Part shown: positions 1-7,930 of the stretch, piece after piece
How the letters are laid out: every line of letters starts with the position of its first letter
How positions within the stretch are numbered: position 1 is the stretch's first letter
Position numbers and translations under genes: made by a program
From: Halalkalibacterium halodurans
GTDB lineage: Bacteria > Bacillota > Bacilli > Bacillales > Bacillaceae_D
Assembly: GCF_004376175.1 (NCBI RefSeq)
Contig: NZ_SNUY01000063.1
Coordinates: 11,405 to 25,429, forward strand
Direction: 5' to 3'
DNA: 14,025 bases
The notes under the pieces: generated by a model
The model's database searches: none
Seen by the model: only the letters and a program-made list of their open reading frames with translations
Told to the model about the DNA's origin: nothing

Positions 1-54
1 CATCTTTGTGACCTTCACACCTTTTAATCCGGGCAAATCCATGGTAAAATTCAT
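1..54 (-). CDS. 5' end (18 codons) of an ORF that runs out of the window, MNFTMDLPGLKGVKVTKM...; possibly an ISL3-type transposase N-terminus
   Basis: ATG at 54..52 is open to position 1 on the minus strand. A GGAG lies 11 nt upstream, which is a weak spacing. The L-x-G-L-K-G-V-x-V-T pattern resembles ISL3 transposase N-termini as I recall them. This is unverified. Confidence 0.3.
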   Translation of the reverse strand, partial: MNFTMDLPGLKGVKVTKM

Positions 55-175
55 CGTACACGCAGCTCCTATCCTTTCTTTGTTTCTGGACAATTCAAGG
101 ATAATGGATAAAGGAGCCTGCGTGCATTTTTTTTGCCCTCTTTTGTGCAAAAACCCCAACATTTATTGTAGAGCC
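1..175 (-). mobile_element. Possible terminal part of an insertion sequence (ISL3-like), with the outer end near 175
   Basis: The minus strand from 175 reads GGCTCTACAATAAATGTTGGGGTTTTTGCAC. A GGCTCT start is typical of ISL3-family terminal inverted repeats as I recall them. A ~120-nt leader follows, then the ORF start at 54. The other end is off-window, so no IR pair or target duplication can be checked. Confidence 0.2.
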
Positions 176-195
176 TTTATTTTCCCTAAACGTGC

Positions 196-222
196 AAAAA
201 CGCGTGCTGATCGCACGCGTTT
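196..222 (-). terminator. Rho-independent terminator of the tRNA operon
   Basis: 10-bp stem AAACGCGTGC/GCACGCGTTT (198-207 / 213-222) with a 5-nt loop, followed on the minus strand by a T-run. It starts 7 nt after tRNA-Thr. Confidence 0.7.
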
Positions 223-228
223 CCAGGA

Positions 229-345
<117 letters not shown>

Positions 346-411
346 TCTCGCTTTGACAACGATGTAAATGCGTCGAGACAAGTCGTAGCCTACTCGACGA
401 TGTTCCGCTCC

Positions 412-438
412 TTGCTCTACCAATTGAGCTAGACCGGC
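412..438 (-). pseudogene. Truncated tRNA-Thr: 5' 27 nt only (acceptor 5' strand and D-arm)
   Basis: GCCGGTCTAGCTCAATTGGTAGAGCAA matches the intact gene exactly, then diverges at the start of the anticodon stem. No anticodon arm or T-arm can be folded from 346-411. Confidence 0.8.
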
Positions 439-481
439 GTAGTATAAATGATGTTGATTCAGGTTCGTTGTCTCTTCCTCT
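412..481 (-). repeat. Direct repeat copy B: truncated tRNA-Thr plus leader
   Basis: See copy A. The two copies are 137 nt apart. Confidence 0.9.
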
Positions 482-549
482 GTTCATACAAGAAGATTCA
501 ACGAAACACCGCTCCCTACCTTGATTGGTGAGATGAAACGGTTAAAAGA

Positions 550-625
550 TGGTGGCTCGGGACGGAATCGAACCGCCGACACATGGATTTTCAGTCCATT
601 GCTCTACCGACTGAGCTACCGAGCC
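550..625 (-). tRNA. tRNA-Phe (GAA), CCA encoded
   Basis: The reverse complement is GGCTCGGTAGCTCAGTCGGTAGAGCAATGGACTGAAAATCCATGTGTCGGCGGTTCGATTCCGTCCCGAGCCACCA. Confidence 0.95.
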
Positions 626-634
626 TTATAAAAG

Positions 635-711
635 TGGCGGTCCGGACGGGACTCGAACCCGCGACCTCCTGCGTGACAGGCAGGCATTCTAACCAACTGA
701 ACTACCGGACC
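635..711 (-). tRNA. tRNA-Asp (GUC), CCA encoded
   Basis: The reverse complement is GGTCCGGTAGTTCAGTTGGTTAGAATGCCTGCCTGTCACGCAGGAGGTCGCGGGTTCGAGTCCCGTCCGGACCGCCA. Confidence 0.95.
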
Positions 712-721
712 TTATGAAATT

Positions 722-796
722 TGGTGACCCGTACGGGATTCGAACCCGTGTTACCGCCGTGAAAGGGCGGTGTCTTAACCACTTGACCAACGGGCC
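722..796 (-). tRNA. tRNA-Glu (UUC), CCA encoded
   Basis: The reverse complement is GGCCCGTTGGTCAAGTGGTTAAGACACCGCCCTTTCACGGCGGTAACACGGGTTCGAATCCCGTACGGGTCACCA. Confidence 0.95.
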
Positions 797-805
797 ACCT
801 TAAGA

Positions 806-881
806 TGGTGAGCCATGAAGGACTCGAACCTTCGACCCTCTGATTAAAAGTCAGATGCTCTACCAACTGAGCTAATGGCTC
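806..881 (-). tRNA. tRNA-Lys (UUU), CCA encoded
   Basis: The reverse complement is GAGCCATTAGCTCAGTTGGTAGAGCATCTGACTTTTAATCAGAGGGTCGAAGGTTCGAGTCCTTCATGGCTCACCA. Confidence 0.95.
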
Positions 882-927
882 TCTTTGTTTGTTTTCATCG
901 CTTGCTTGTCTTTCAGCGACAAGAATC

Positions 928-956
928 ATATTAACATAGGATTCAAAATCACGCAA
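928..956 (-). promoter_or_regulatory. Putative sigma-A promoter of the tRNA operon
   Basis: The minus strand reads TTGCGT (956-951), a 17-nt spacer, then TAATAT (933-928). An AT-rich UP-like tract lies upstream at 961-1000. The site is ~40 nt before tRNA-Lys. Confidence 0.45.
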
Positions 957-1020
957 GGACTTTTTATATTTTTAGCAAATGTTTTTTTCTTCTTGCCGTT
1001 TTGTCCTATCTAGGATATCG

Positions 1021-1059
1021 AAAATTGGCGGAGAACGCAAGGGGTTCTCCGTTCTCCGC
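1021..1059 (-). terminator. purA terminator
   Basis: CGGAGAAC (1029-1036) pairs with GTTCTCCG (1044-1051). Alternatively GCGGAGAAC pairs with the tandem copy GTTCTCCGC (1051-1059). CCAATTTT follows on the minus strand. The hairpin is 20 nt after the purA stop. Confidence 0.65.
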
Positions 1060-1079
1060 ACGAATTCATTTTAAAAGAC

Positions 1080-2408
<1,329 letters not shown>

Positions 2409-2424
2409 TCAAAAATCCTCAAAC

Positions 2425-2453
2425 AGTATATCAATTTAGGCAACAAACGTCAA
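2425..2453 (-). promoter_or_regulatory. purA sigma-A promoter
   Basis: The minus strand reads TTGACG (2453-2448), a 17-nt spacer, then TATACT (2430-2425). Confidence 0.65.
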
Positions 2454-2455
2454 TC

Positions 2456-2500
2456 AAATCCGAACATTTGTAAGATATTGTCCTGAATTTGTTCGGTTCA
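2456..2500. promoter_or_regulatory. Inverted pair of PurBoxes (PurR operator)
   Basis: AAATCCGAACATT (2456-2468) matches the B. subtilis PurBox consensus AWWWCCGAACWWT exactly. An inverted, degenerate copy TGAACCGAACAAA (reverse complement of 2488-2500) matches 10/13. The pair sits immediately upstream of the -35. Confidence 0.6.
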
Positions 2501-2543
2501 TATCGTGAGTACACTCGTTGTAGAATAAGCTTTAAACTTACAT

Positions 2544-2573
2544 AAAAAAAGCTAACCCGTTCTAGGTTAGCTT
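2544..2573 (-). terminator. Terminator of the helicase operon
   Basis: 9-bp stem AAGCTAACC/GGTTAGCTT (2549-2557 / 2565-2573) followed by TTTTTTT on the minus strand. The stem overlaps the TAA stop. Confidence 0.8.
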
Positions 2574-3931
2574 GCTGGCGGCATGTCCCGTTCATCATGG
2601 TGCCGATCTAAGTTGACAAATTTATTGTATTCCTTGATAAAGGCTAGCTCTACCGTACCAACAGGGCCGTTCCGCTGCTTAGCGATAATAATTTCAATGA
2701 TGTTCTGATTTTCTGTTTCTTTATCGTAGTAATCATCACGGTATAAAAAGGCGACAATGTCGGCATCCTGCTCGATCGATCCTGACTCACGAATGTCAGA
2801 CATCATTGGCCGTTTATCTTGGCGAGATTCTACTCCGCGGGAAAGCTGAGACAATGCGATGACCGGTACTTCCAGTTCACGGGCAAGGCCTTTTAAAGAA
2901 CGGGAAATTTCCGAGACTTCCTGCTGACGGTTTTCGCCTGAGCGTCCGTTCCCTTGGATCAGCTGCAAGTAATCGATCAAGATCATGCCAAGCCCTTTTT
3001 CCTGCTTCAGCCGGCGGCATTTGGCGCGAATTTCGTTCACTTTAATCCCCGGCGTATCGTCGATGTAAATGCCGGCACGGGCGAGGCTCCCCATCGCCAT
3101 CGTCAGCTTTTGCCAATCTTCTTCCGTTAGGGCTCCCGTCCGCATTCGCTGAGCGTCAATGTTTCCCTCGGCGCAGAGCATCCGCTGCACGAGCTGACTG
3201 GCTCCCATCTCGAGACTAAAGATCGCTACATTTTCGTCCGTTTTCGTCGCCACATTCTGCGAAATGTTTAAGGCGAAGGCTGTTTTTCCGACCGACGGAC
3301 GTGCAGCGACAATGATTAAATCGTTTCGCTGGAACCCTGCCGTCATCCGATCCAAATCTTTAAATCCAGTCGGAATCCCGGTAATTTCCCCTTTTTGGTT
3401 TTGCAGCATTTCGATTTTGTCATATGTCTCGACAAGGACGTCTTTAATCGAAATAAAGGCGCTCGAATTTTTCCGCTGTGCCACATCGAGAATCGTCTTT
3501 TCTGCGTCATCCAAGATCGCATCGACTTCCTCTTCACTGGCATAGCCTTCTTGGGCAATATTCGTTGCCACACGGATAAGGCGGCGCAGCAGCGACTTTT
3601 CCTCGACTATTTTGCTATAGTATTCCACATTCGCCGCTGTCGGCACAGCGTTGGCGAGATCCCCTAAGTACGCAACACCGCCCACATCGTCAAGGGCTTT
3701 CCGGTCTTGCAGTTCAGCGGTAACGGTCACTAAATCCACCGGCTCGCCTTTTTCCGCTAAGTCTAGCATCACTTGATAGATTCGTTGATGGGCTGCACGG
3801 TAAAAGTCCTCAGGTGCGAGCCGCTCCGAAGCGGTCACAAGTGCATGATCCTCTAAAAAAATCGCCCCAAGGACAGCCTGCTCGGCTTCTATGTTTTGCG
3901 GTGGGGTCCGATCAGCAAACAGATCGCTCAT
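2567..3931 (-). CDS. dnaB: Replicative DNA helicase (DnaB family; named dnaC in B. subtilis)
   Basis: 454 aa with Walker A ARPSVGKTAF and DnaB-type N- and C-terminal domains. SD GGGAGGAAC lies upstream. The length is normal, so there is no intein. Confidence 0.97.
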   Translation of the reverse strand: MSDLFADRTPPQNIEAEQAVLGAIFLEDHALVTASERLAPEDFYRAAHQRIYQVMLDLAEKGEPVDLVTVTAELQDRKALDDVGGVAYLGDLANAVPTAANVEYYSKIVEEKSLLRRLIRVATNIAQEGYASEEEVDAILDDAEKTILDVAQRKNSSAFISIKDVLVETYDKIEMLQNQKGEITGIPTGFKDLDRMTAGFQRNDLIIVAARPSVGKTAFALNISQNVATKTDENVAIFSLEMGASQLVQRMLCAEGNIDAQRMRTGALTEEDWQKLTMAMGSLARAGIYIDDTPGIKVNEIRAKCRRLKQEKGLGMILIDYLQLIQGNGRSGENRQQEVSEISRSLKGLARELEVPVIALSQLSRGVESRQDKRPMMSDIRESGSIEQDADIVAFLYRDDYYDKETENQNIIEIIIAKQRNGPVGTVELAFIKEYNKFVNLDRHHDERDMPPAS

Positions 3932-3985
3932 CCCATGTTCCTCCCTTCGATCACAAGACGCATGTCTTTCTATTGTACGTCATAA

Positions 3986-4035
3986 GAAACTCCTTACACA
4001 GGCCCAGTTTTTTCCGAGACAACGTAAGGAGTTTC
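3986..4035 (-). promoter_or_regulatory. Perfect 12-bp inverted repeat (26-nt loop) in the rplI-dnaB spacer
   Basis: GAAACTCCTTAC (3986-3997) and GTAAGGAGTTTC (4024-4035) are exact reverse complements. The function is unknown. It could be an attenuator, a processing site or a translational element. Confidence 0.4.
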
Positions 4036-4046
4036 AGCCGTTCACT

Positions 4047-4490
4047 CTATTCTTCAACGACGTGTACTTTGACAGTAGCCGTTACTTCAGGATGAATTTT
4101 TATCGGGACGTTTGTATAACCAAGAGAACGAATTGGGTCATTGAGTAAAATTTTTCGCTTATCGACCTTTTTCCCTTCACGGCTTAACGCTTCTGCAATT
4201 TGCTTTGTTGAAATAGCTCCGAATAATCGCCCACCTTCACCTGCTTTGGCCTTTAGCTCAAGGGTGAGCGCCTCTAATTCCGTTTGATATGCTTTTGCTT
4301 CTTGAAGCTCTTCTTCTTTTTTCTTTTCCTCGCTCTTTTTCTTCGCGTTCAAATTTTTCATATTGGCGCTTGTCGCTTCAACAGCAAGGCCATTTGGAAT
4401 TAAGTAGTTGCGCGCATAGCCTTCAGAAACGTTTTTTACTTCTCCCTTTTTCCCTTTGCCTTTTACATCCTGCTGGAAAATGACTTTCAT
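4047..4490 (-). CDS. rplI: 50S ribosomal protein L9
   Basis: The 147-aa product begins [30 protein letters not shown]. The start is at 4490, with GGGGGA 7 nt upstream and 1 nt after the gdpP stop (TAAGATG). Confidence 0.95.
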   Translation of the reverse strand: MKVIFQQDVKGKGKKGEVKNVSEGYARNYLIPNGLAVEATSANMKNLNAKKKSEEKKKEEELQEAKAYQTELEALTLELKAKAGEGGRLFGAISTKQIAEALSREGKKVDKRKILLNDPIRSLGYTNVPIKIHPEVTATVKVHVVEE

Positions 4491-4491
4491 C

Positions 4492-6456
4492 TTAGCTTCC
4501 CCCTTCAAGATATTGATCGATTGCTTCTTTTAATTTCGCTTCCGCTTCCTTCAACGTGGCATCTTCAAATTGGGTCGCTGCATTCGTCAAATGGCCACCC
4601 CCATCTAACGATTCCATGATTAACTGGACATTCACATCGCCGAGGGAACGGGCCGATATACTAACGACACCATCATGCCGCCTCGAAATAACGAATGAGG
4701 CGACAACCCCTTTCATCGTTAACAACGTATCGGCTGCTTGAGCGATAAGCAGTTGGCTGACAGCCTCCTCTTCCCTTGCTGTTGCGATTGCCATACCGTC
4801 GCGATAAAGCTTCGCCGTTTCTACTAGTTTCGCACGCTTCACGTAATGATTCAAATCTTCCTTTAACAGCTTTTGGACGAGCACCGTATCCGCCCCGTGA
4901 GAGCGGAGAAACGAGGCTGCATCGAACGTTCTCGCGCCGGTGCGAATGGCAAAGCTCTTCGTGTCGACGATCATTCCAGCGAGCAACGCAGTCGATTCCA
5001 AAATGTCCATTTTCAGCTTTTTCGGTTGATATTCAAGTAATTCCGTCACGAGTTCTGCCGTGGACGAGGCATAAGGCTCCATGTAGACAAGAACAGGGTC
5101 CTCAATAAACTCTTCGCCCCGGCGATGGTGGTCCAATACGACAACACGCTCAACGTAATTGAGTAGCCTCGGTTCAATGACCATGGACGGTTTATGCGTA
5201 TCCACCACGACAAGGAGCGTCTCTTCTGTCATCAGTTCTAAAGACTCTTCAGGGGTAATAAATTTATCCCATAATTGCTCGTTTTTCTCCACTTCCTCCA
5301 TCAGCTTCGACACGTCCGGATTCACATCGTTCGGATCTAGCACGACAAACGCTTCCCGATCATTGACCTCAGCGATCTTCAAAATTCCGATCGCCGCACC
5401 GACTGCATCCATGTCCGGATTTTTATGGCCCATCACAATGACGCGATCACTTTCAAGGACAAAATCACGCAAAGCGTGGGAGATGACTCTTGCCCGTACG
5501 CGGGTACGCTTTTCCATCGCGTTCGATTTTCCACCATAAAATCGAACCTTTCCTGTCTTTTGCTTGATCGCCACTTGGTCACCACCGCGTCCGAGCGCCA
5601 AATCTAAGCTCGATTGGGCAAGCTGACCAAGCTCGCGCAACGATAAATCTCCGTAACCGACGCCGATGCTGAGCGTTAATGGAATTTTTTCTTTTCCCGT
5701 CGTTTCACGAATTTCATCTAGAATTCCGAACTTTGTTTTCTCGATCGCTAAAAGTGACCCGTAGCTCATCACCGCAATAAAGCGATCAGCTGCTGTTCGC
5801 CGCAAAAACAAATCATGTTCATTCGCCCATTGATTTAACGAGGAAGTGACTTGGCTCATCAAGCGACTGCGGACCTGATCCTCCATCCCTTGAGTCACTT
5901 CATCATAGTTATCAAGATAGATAAAGGTGAGAACCGGTTGACTCTCCTCAAACTGCTGGTGCATCCTTTCACTTTCTGTTATATCAAAAAAATAGATGAG
6001 CCGCTCATTTGGCTTAAACGTACAATCATATGTCTTTTCTTCGATGACGATTTTTTGCTCGTCCGTCCCCTCTTCAAGAGCACGAACAAGCTCTGGAGAC
6101 AACTCCTCGAGAGATGCATCGATTTCAGCCTTCGGTAAGTGCTCAGCCGCATAGGGGTTTACCCACTGCACGCGAAGCTGATCATTGTACAAAATCATTC
6201 CGACCGGAAGCTGTGTAACCGCTTCTTCCCCTGCTTTATGAACCCGGTAGGAAAGGGTGGAAATGTATTGCTCCAAGTCACGTTCAAAGGAGATACGTGC
6301 CCGCAAGGAGAAGATTGCTATCACGAGTAACAGTAACACACCGATGACGCCCAGCTGCCACTGATAAAACGAAAGGGCGATTAAAAAGACAAGCGCGACA
6401 GCCAAAAGAGCGATCACGTGATAGCCATGCCACCTCTTCAATAAAAACTTTGGCAT
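4492..6456 (-). CDS. gdpP: Cyclic-di-AMP phosphodiesterase GdpP (YybT): 2 TM, PAS, degenerate GGDEF, DHH/DHHA1
   Basis: 654 aa with two N-terminal TM helices, DHH-type motifs ([18 protein letters not shown]) and the DHHA1 motif GGGH. It sits in the conserved yybS-gdpP-rplI-dnaC synteny. Confidence 0.93.
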   Translation of the reverse strand: MPKFLLKRWHGYHVIALLAVALVFLIALSFYQWQLGVIGVLLLLVIAIFSLRARISFERDLEQYISTLSYRVHKAGEEAVTQLPVGMILYNDQLRVQWVNPYAAEHLPKAEIDASLEELSPELVRALEEGTDEQKIVIEEKTYDCTFKPNERLIYFFDITESERMHQQFEESQPVLTFIYLDNYDEVTQGMEDQVRSRLMSQVTSSLNQWANEHDLFLRRTAADRFIAVMSYGSLLAIEKTKFGILDEIRETTGKEKIPLTLSIGVGYGDLSLRELGQLAQSSLDLALGRGGDQVAIKQKTGKVRFYGGKSNAMEKRTRVRARVISHALRDFVLESDRVIVMGHKNPDMDAVGAAIGILKIAEVNDREAFVVLDPNDVNPDVSKLMEEVEKNEQLWDKFITPEESLELMTEETLLVVVDTHKPSMVIEPRLLNYVERVVVLDHHRRGEEFIEDPVLVYMEPYASSTAELVTELLEYQPKKLKMDILESTALLAGMIVDTKSFAIRTGARTFDAASFLRSHGADTVLVQKLLKEDLNHYVKRAKLVETAKLYRDGMAIATAREEEAVSQLLIAQAADTLLTMKGVVASFVISRRHDGVVSISARSLGDVNVQLIMESLDGGGHLTNAATQFEDATLKEAEAKLKEAIDQYLEGGS

Positions 6457-6467
6457 AATGTCAACTC

Positions 6468-7406
6468 CTACTTTCCTTGGCTCCCCATTCGTTTACGAAG
6501 ATCGAAGCCTAAGTCGATAATCCCGATAATTCGCACAAGATAAAGCAACGGTGTCACAATAATGCAAAGGATCATAATAATGACCGGAACGGCCTTCGCC
6601 ACCCCTTTAGTGTGGAAATAGGCAAAAATAACAGCAAAGCCTTGGATCGCCATGATGATCTCTAAAACCGGAAGTAGGTTCCATACGGCTATGTACGGCA
6701 TGCTACCTTCTTCAAATCCGATCATAAATAACACGACCACAGCTAAATAGTAAAACAGGAATGACCTAGGAAACGACCACGTCCGAAATGGAGGTAAAGG
6801 CTTCACTTCATGGCGTAACCTTTTTAAAATCGGCGCAGCCACCAATTGTGTGACAGCTGCGAGCAATGTGCCACAAATGACCACCATTGCTGGCCCAAGA
6901 TAAAAGAGCTGGTTAATGCTTTCTTCCATTTGTTTTAACGCTTCAGATGGCTCCTGTCCTAAGCTAATGATAAGCTGTTCCGCTGTTTGCATCGACTGGC
7001 GCATCGTCTCTTGTGCTGCTACGAGGGGATTTACATCCAAAATGACGATGCTGCTTATAAATAAGAGAAGCACCCACGCAATGTTGGACAAACTCCCGCC
7101 GAGCAAAACGGCAAATGGGCTTTTCTCCCGACGATAGAGCTCCCCCATAACAACGCCACTCGTGCCAAAAAGCAAGGCTAGGAGTAATAACAGCGGTCCT
7201 AGGATGAGCATAACGACAACGCTAGCCACAAGTAATACGATTACCGCCGGCTTTAGCCCATGGCGTAGCGTGTACAAGAGAAAAGGAATCGGTAAAAACC
7301 ACATCGTAATAAATGCGATAAATGGTACGAAAAACGTAATGACAAATAAAACGGCAAATAGGGAGGCAAAAACCGCTCCCTCTGTTAATGGTCTTGTCTG
7401 ATACAC
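6468..7406 (-). CDS. yybS: YybS-family polytopic membrane protein (DUF2232)
   Basis: 312 aa and highly hydrophobic, in the conserved position upstream of gdpP. It has a GTG start with AGAGAGGTGA just upstream. Confidence 0.85.
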   Translation of the reverse strand: MYQTRPLTEGAVFASLFAVLFVITFFVPFIAFITMWFLPIPFLLYTLRHGLKPAVIVLLVASVVVMLILGPLLLLLALLFGTSGVVMGELYRREKSPFAVLLGGSLSNIAWVLLLFISSIVILDVNPLVAAQETMRQSMQTAEQLIISLGQEPSEALKQMEESINQLFYLGPAMVVICGTLLAAVTQLVAAPILKRLRHEVKPLPPFRTWSFPRSFLFYYLAVVVLFMIGFEEGSMPYIAVWNLLPVLEIIMAIQGFAVIFAYFHTKGVAKAVPVIIMILCIIVTPLLYLVRIIGIIDLGFDLRKRMGSQGK

Positions 7407-7564
7407 ACTTTCACCTCTCTACAACCGAGCAAGCAAGAGGTCTTTTCAGAAGGATGTACATGACACCACTTCCATCTAGCTGCTACTAGGTGCGGGACTT
7501 TTTTAGAATTTCCCATATCCTTGTCTATTTTAGCGTAATTGCTTCAAAAATTAAAGGTAAGGGC

Positions 7565-7588
7565 AAAAAAGGAGGCGAAAGCCCCTTC
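7565..7588 (-). terminator. Orphan terminator-like hairpin with no upstream minus-strand gene
   Basis: The minus strand reads GAAGGGGC-TTTC-GCCTCCTT followed by a T-run. The stem is imperfect, with one mismatch and wobble pairs. Confidence 0.3.
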
Positions 7589-7812
7589 CCGATGATCCAT
7601 CCCTCGACTTGACATTCGAATCGGCCATCTCATTCCAAATGCTGTTAATAGGATCGTCTTCTTGCCCCATATGTATGAAAGAAAATAGTCGCTAATGAAT
7701 GTCTAAAGCTATCTGTACATTTTTTTCTAAAATACTGATCTCTATAACAAAATGGCTCAAATGTTGTCAGATTATCTACCAGAACCATTGCATCTATTAC
7801 CAAAAGATTGTA

Positions 7813-7841
7813 TTCTTGCCTTTGAAAAAAATTTGTATAAT
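7813..7841 (+). promoter_or_regulatory. Candidate promoter for the symporter
   Basis: There is a perfect -10 TATAAT at 7836-7841. The only -35 at 17-nt spacing is the poor TTCTTG. Confidence 0.3.
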
Positions 7842-7858
7842 GTTTTAGAGGAGAATTG

Positions 7859-7930
7859 ATGTTATTATTTGAATATTACTTCTATTACTATTTTCCTTGG
7901 GGGAGGGAGACAAATGGGAGAAAAGCTTAA
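7859..7930 (+). CDS. Candidate 23-codon upstream/leader ORF MLLFEYYFYYYFPWGRETNGRKA
   Basis: SD GAGGAG (7848-7853) lies 5 nt before the ATG at 7859. The ORF ends at TAA 7928-7930, overlapping the symporter SD and ATG in another frame. Confidence 0.3.
   Translation: MLLFEYYFYYYFPWGRETNGRKA

Noticed and set aside
346-438. Reading the second Thr copy as a complete or intron-containing tRNA
   Set aside because: After position 27 no anticodon stem pairs (AGGAG versus TCGTC) and there is no GGTTCGA-type T-arm. The 66-nt filler is far too short for a group I intron.
702-956. 84-aa minus-strand ORF
   Set aside because: It is simply the translation of tRNA-Asp, tRNA-Glu, tRNA-Lys and their spacers, so it is not coding.
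2461-2496. CGAAC ... GTTCG as a LexA (Cheo) box
   Set aside because: The Bacillus SOS box is CGAAC-N4-GTTCG, whereas the half-sites here are 25 nt apart. The flanks fit the PurBox consensus instead.
7443-7457. CodY-box-like TCTTTTCAGAAGGAT in the yybS leader
   Set aside because: It matches AATTTTCWGAAAATT at only about 10 of 15 positions, which is not distinguishable from chance in AT-rich DNA.
7551-7670. 39-aa minus-strand ORF (MGQEDDPINSIWNEMADSNVKSRDGSS...) and 35-aa plus-strand ORF at 7752-7859 (MAQMLSDYLPEPLHLLPKDCILAFEKNLYNVLEEN)
   Set aside because: Neither has an SD. The first reads through a terminator-like hairpin. They are kept only as possible gene remnants in the gap finding, not as features.
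7879-7889. 11-mer CTTCTATTACT present both upstream (7879-7889) and downstream (9356-9366) of the symporter, as possible direct repeats flanking an inserted gene
   Set aside because: Roughly 20 chance 11-mer repeats are expected in a 14-kb window. There is no extended similarity around either copy.
7560-7913. Glycine or T-box riboswitch upstream of the AGCS symporter
   Set aside because: The region is AT-rich with no GC-rich helices, no GGAGAG/CACCG glycine-aptamer cores and no T-box sequence.
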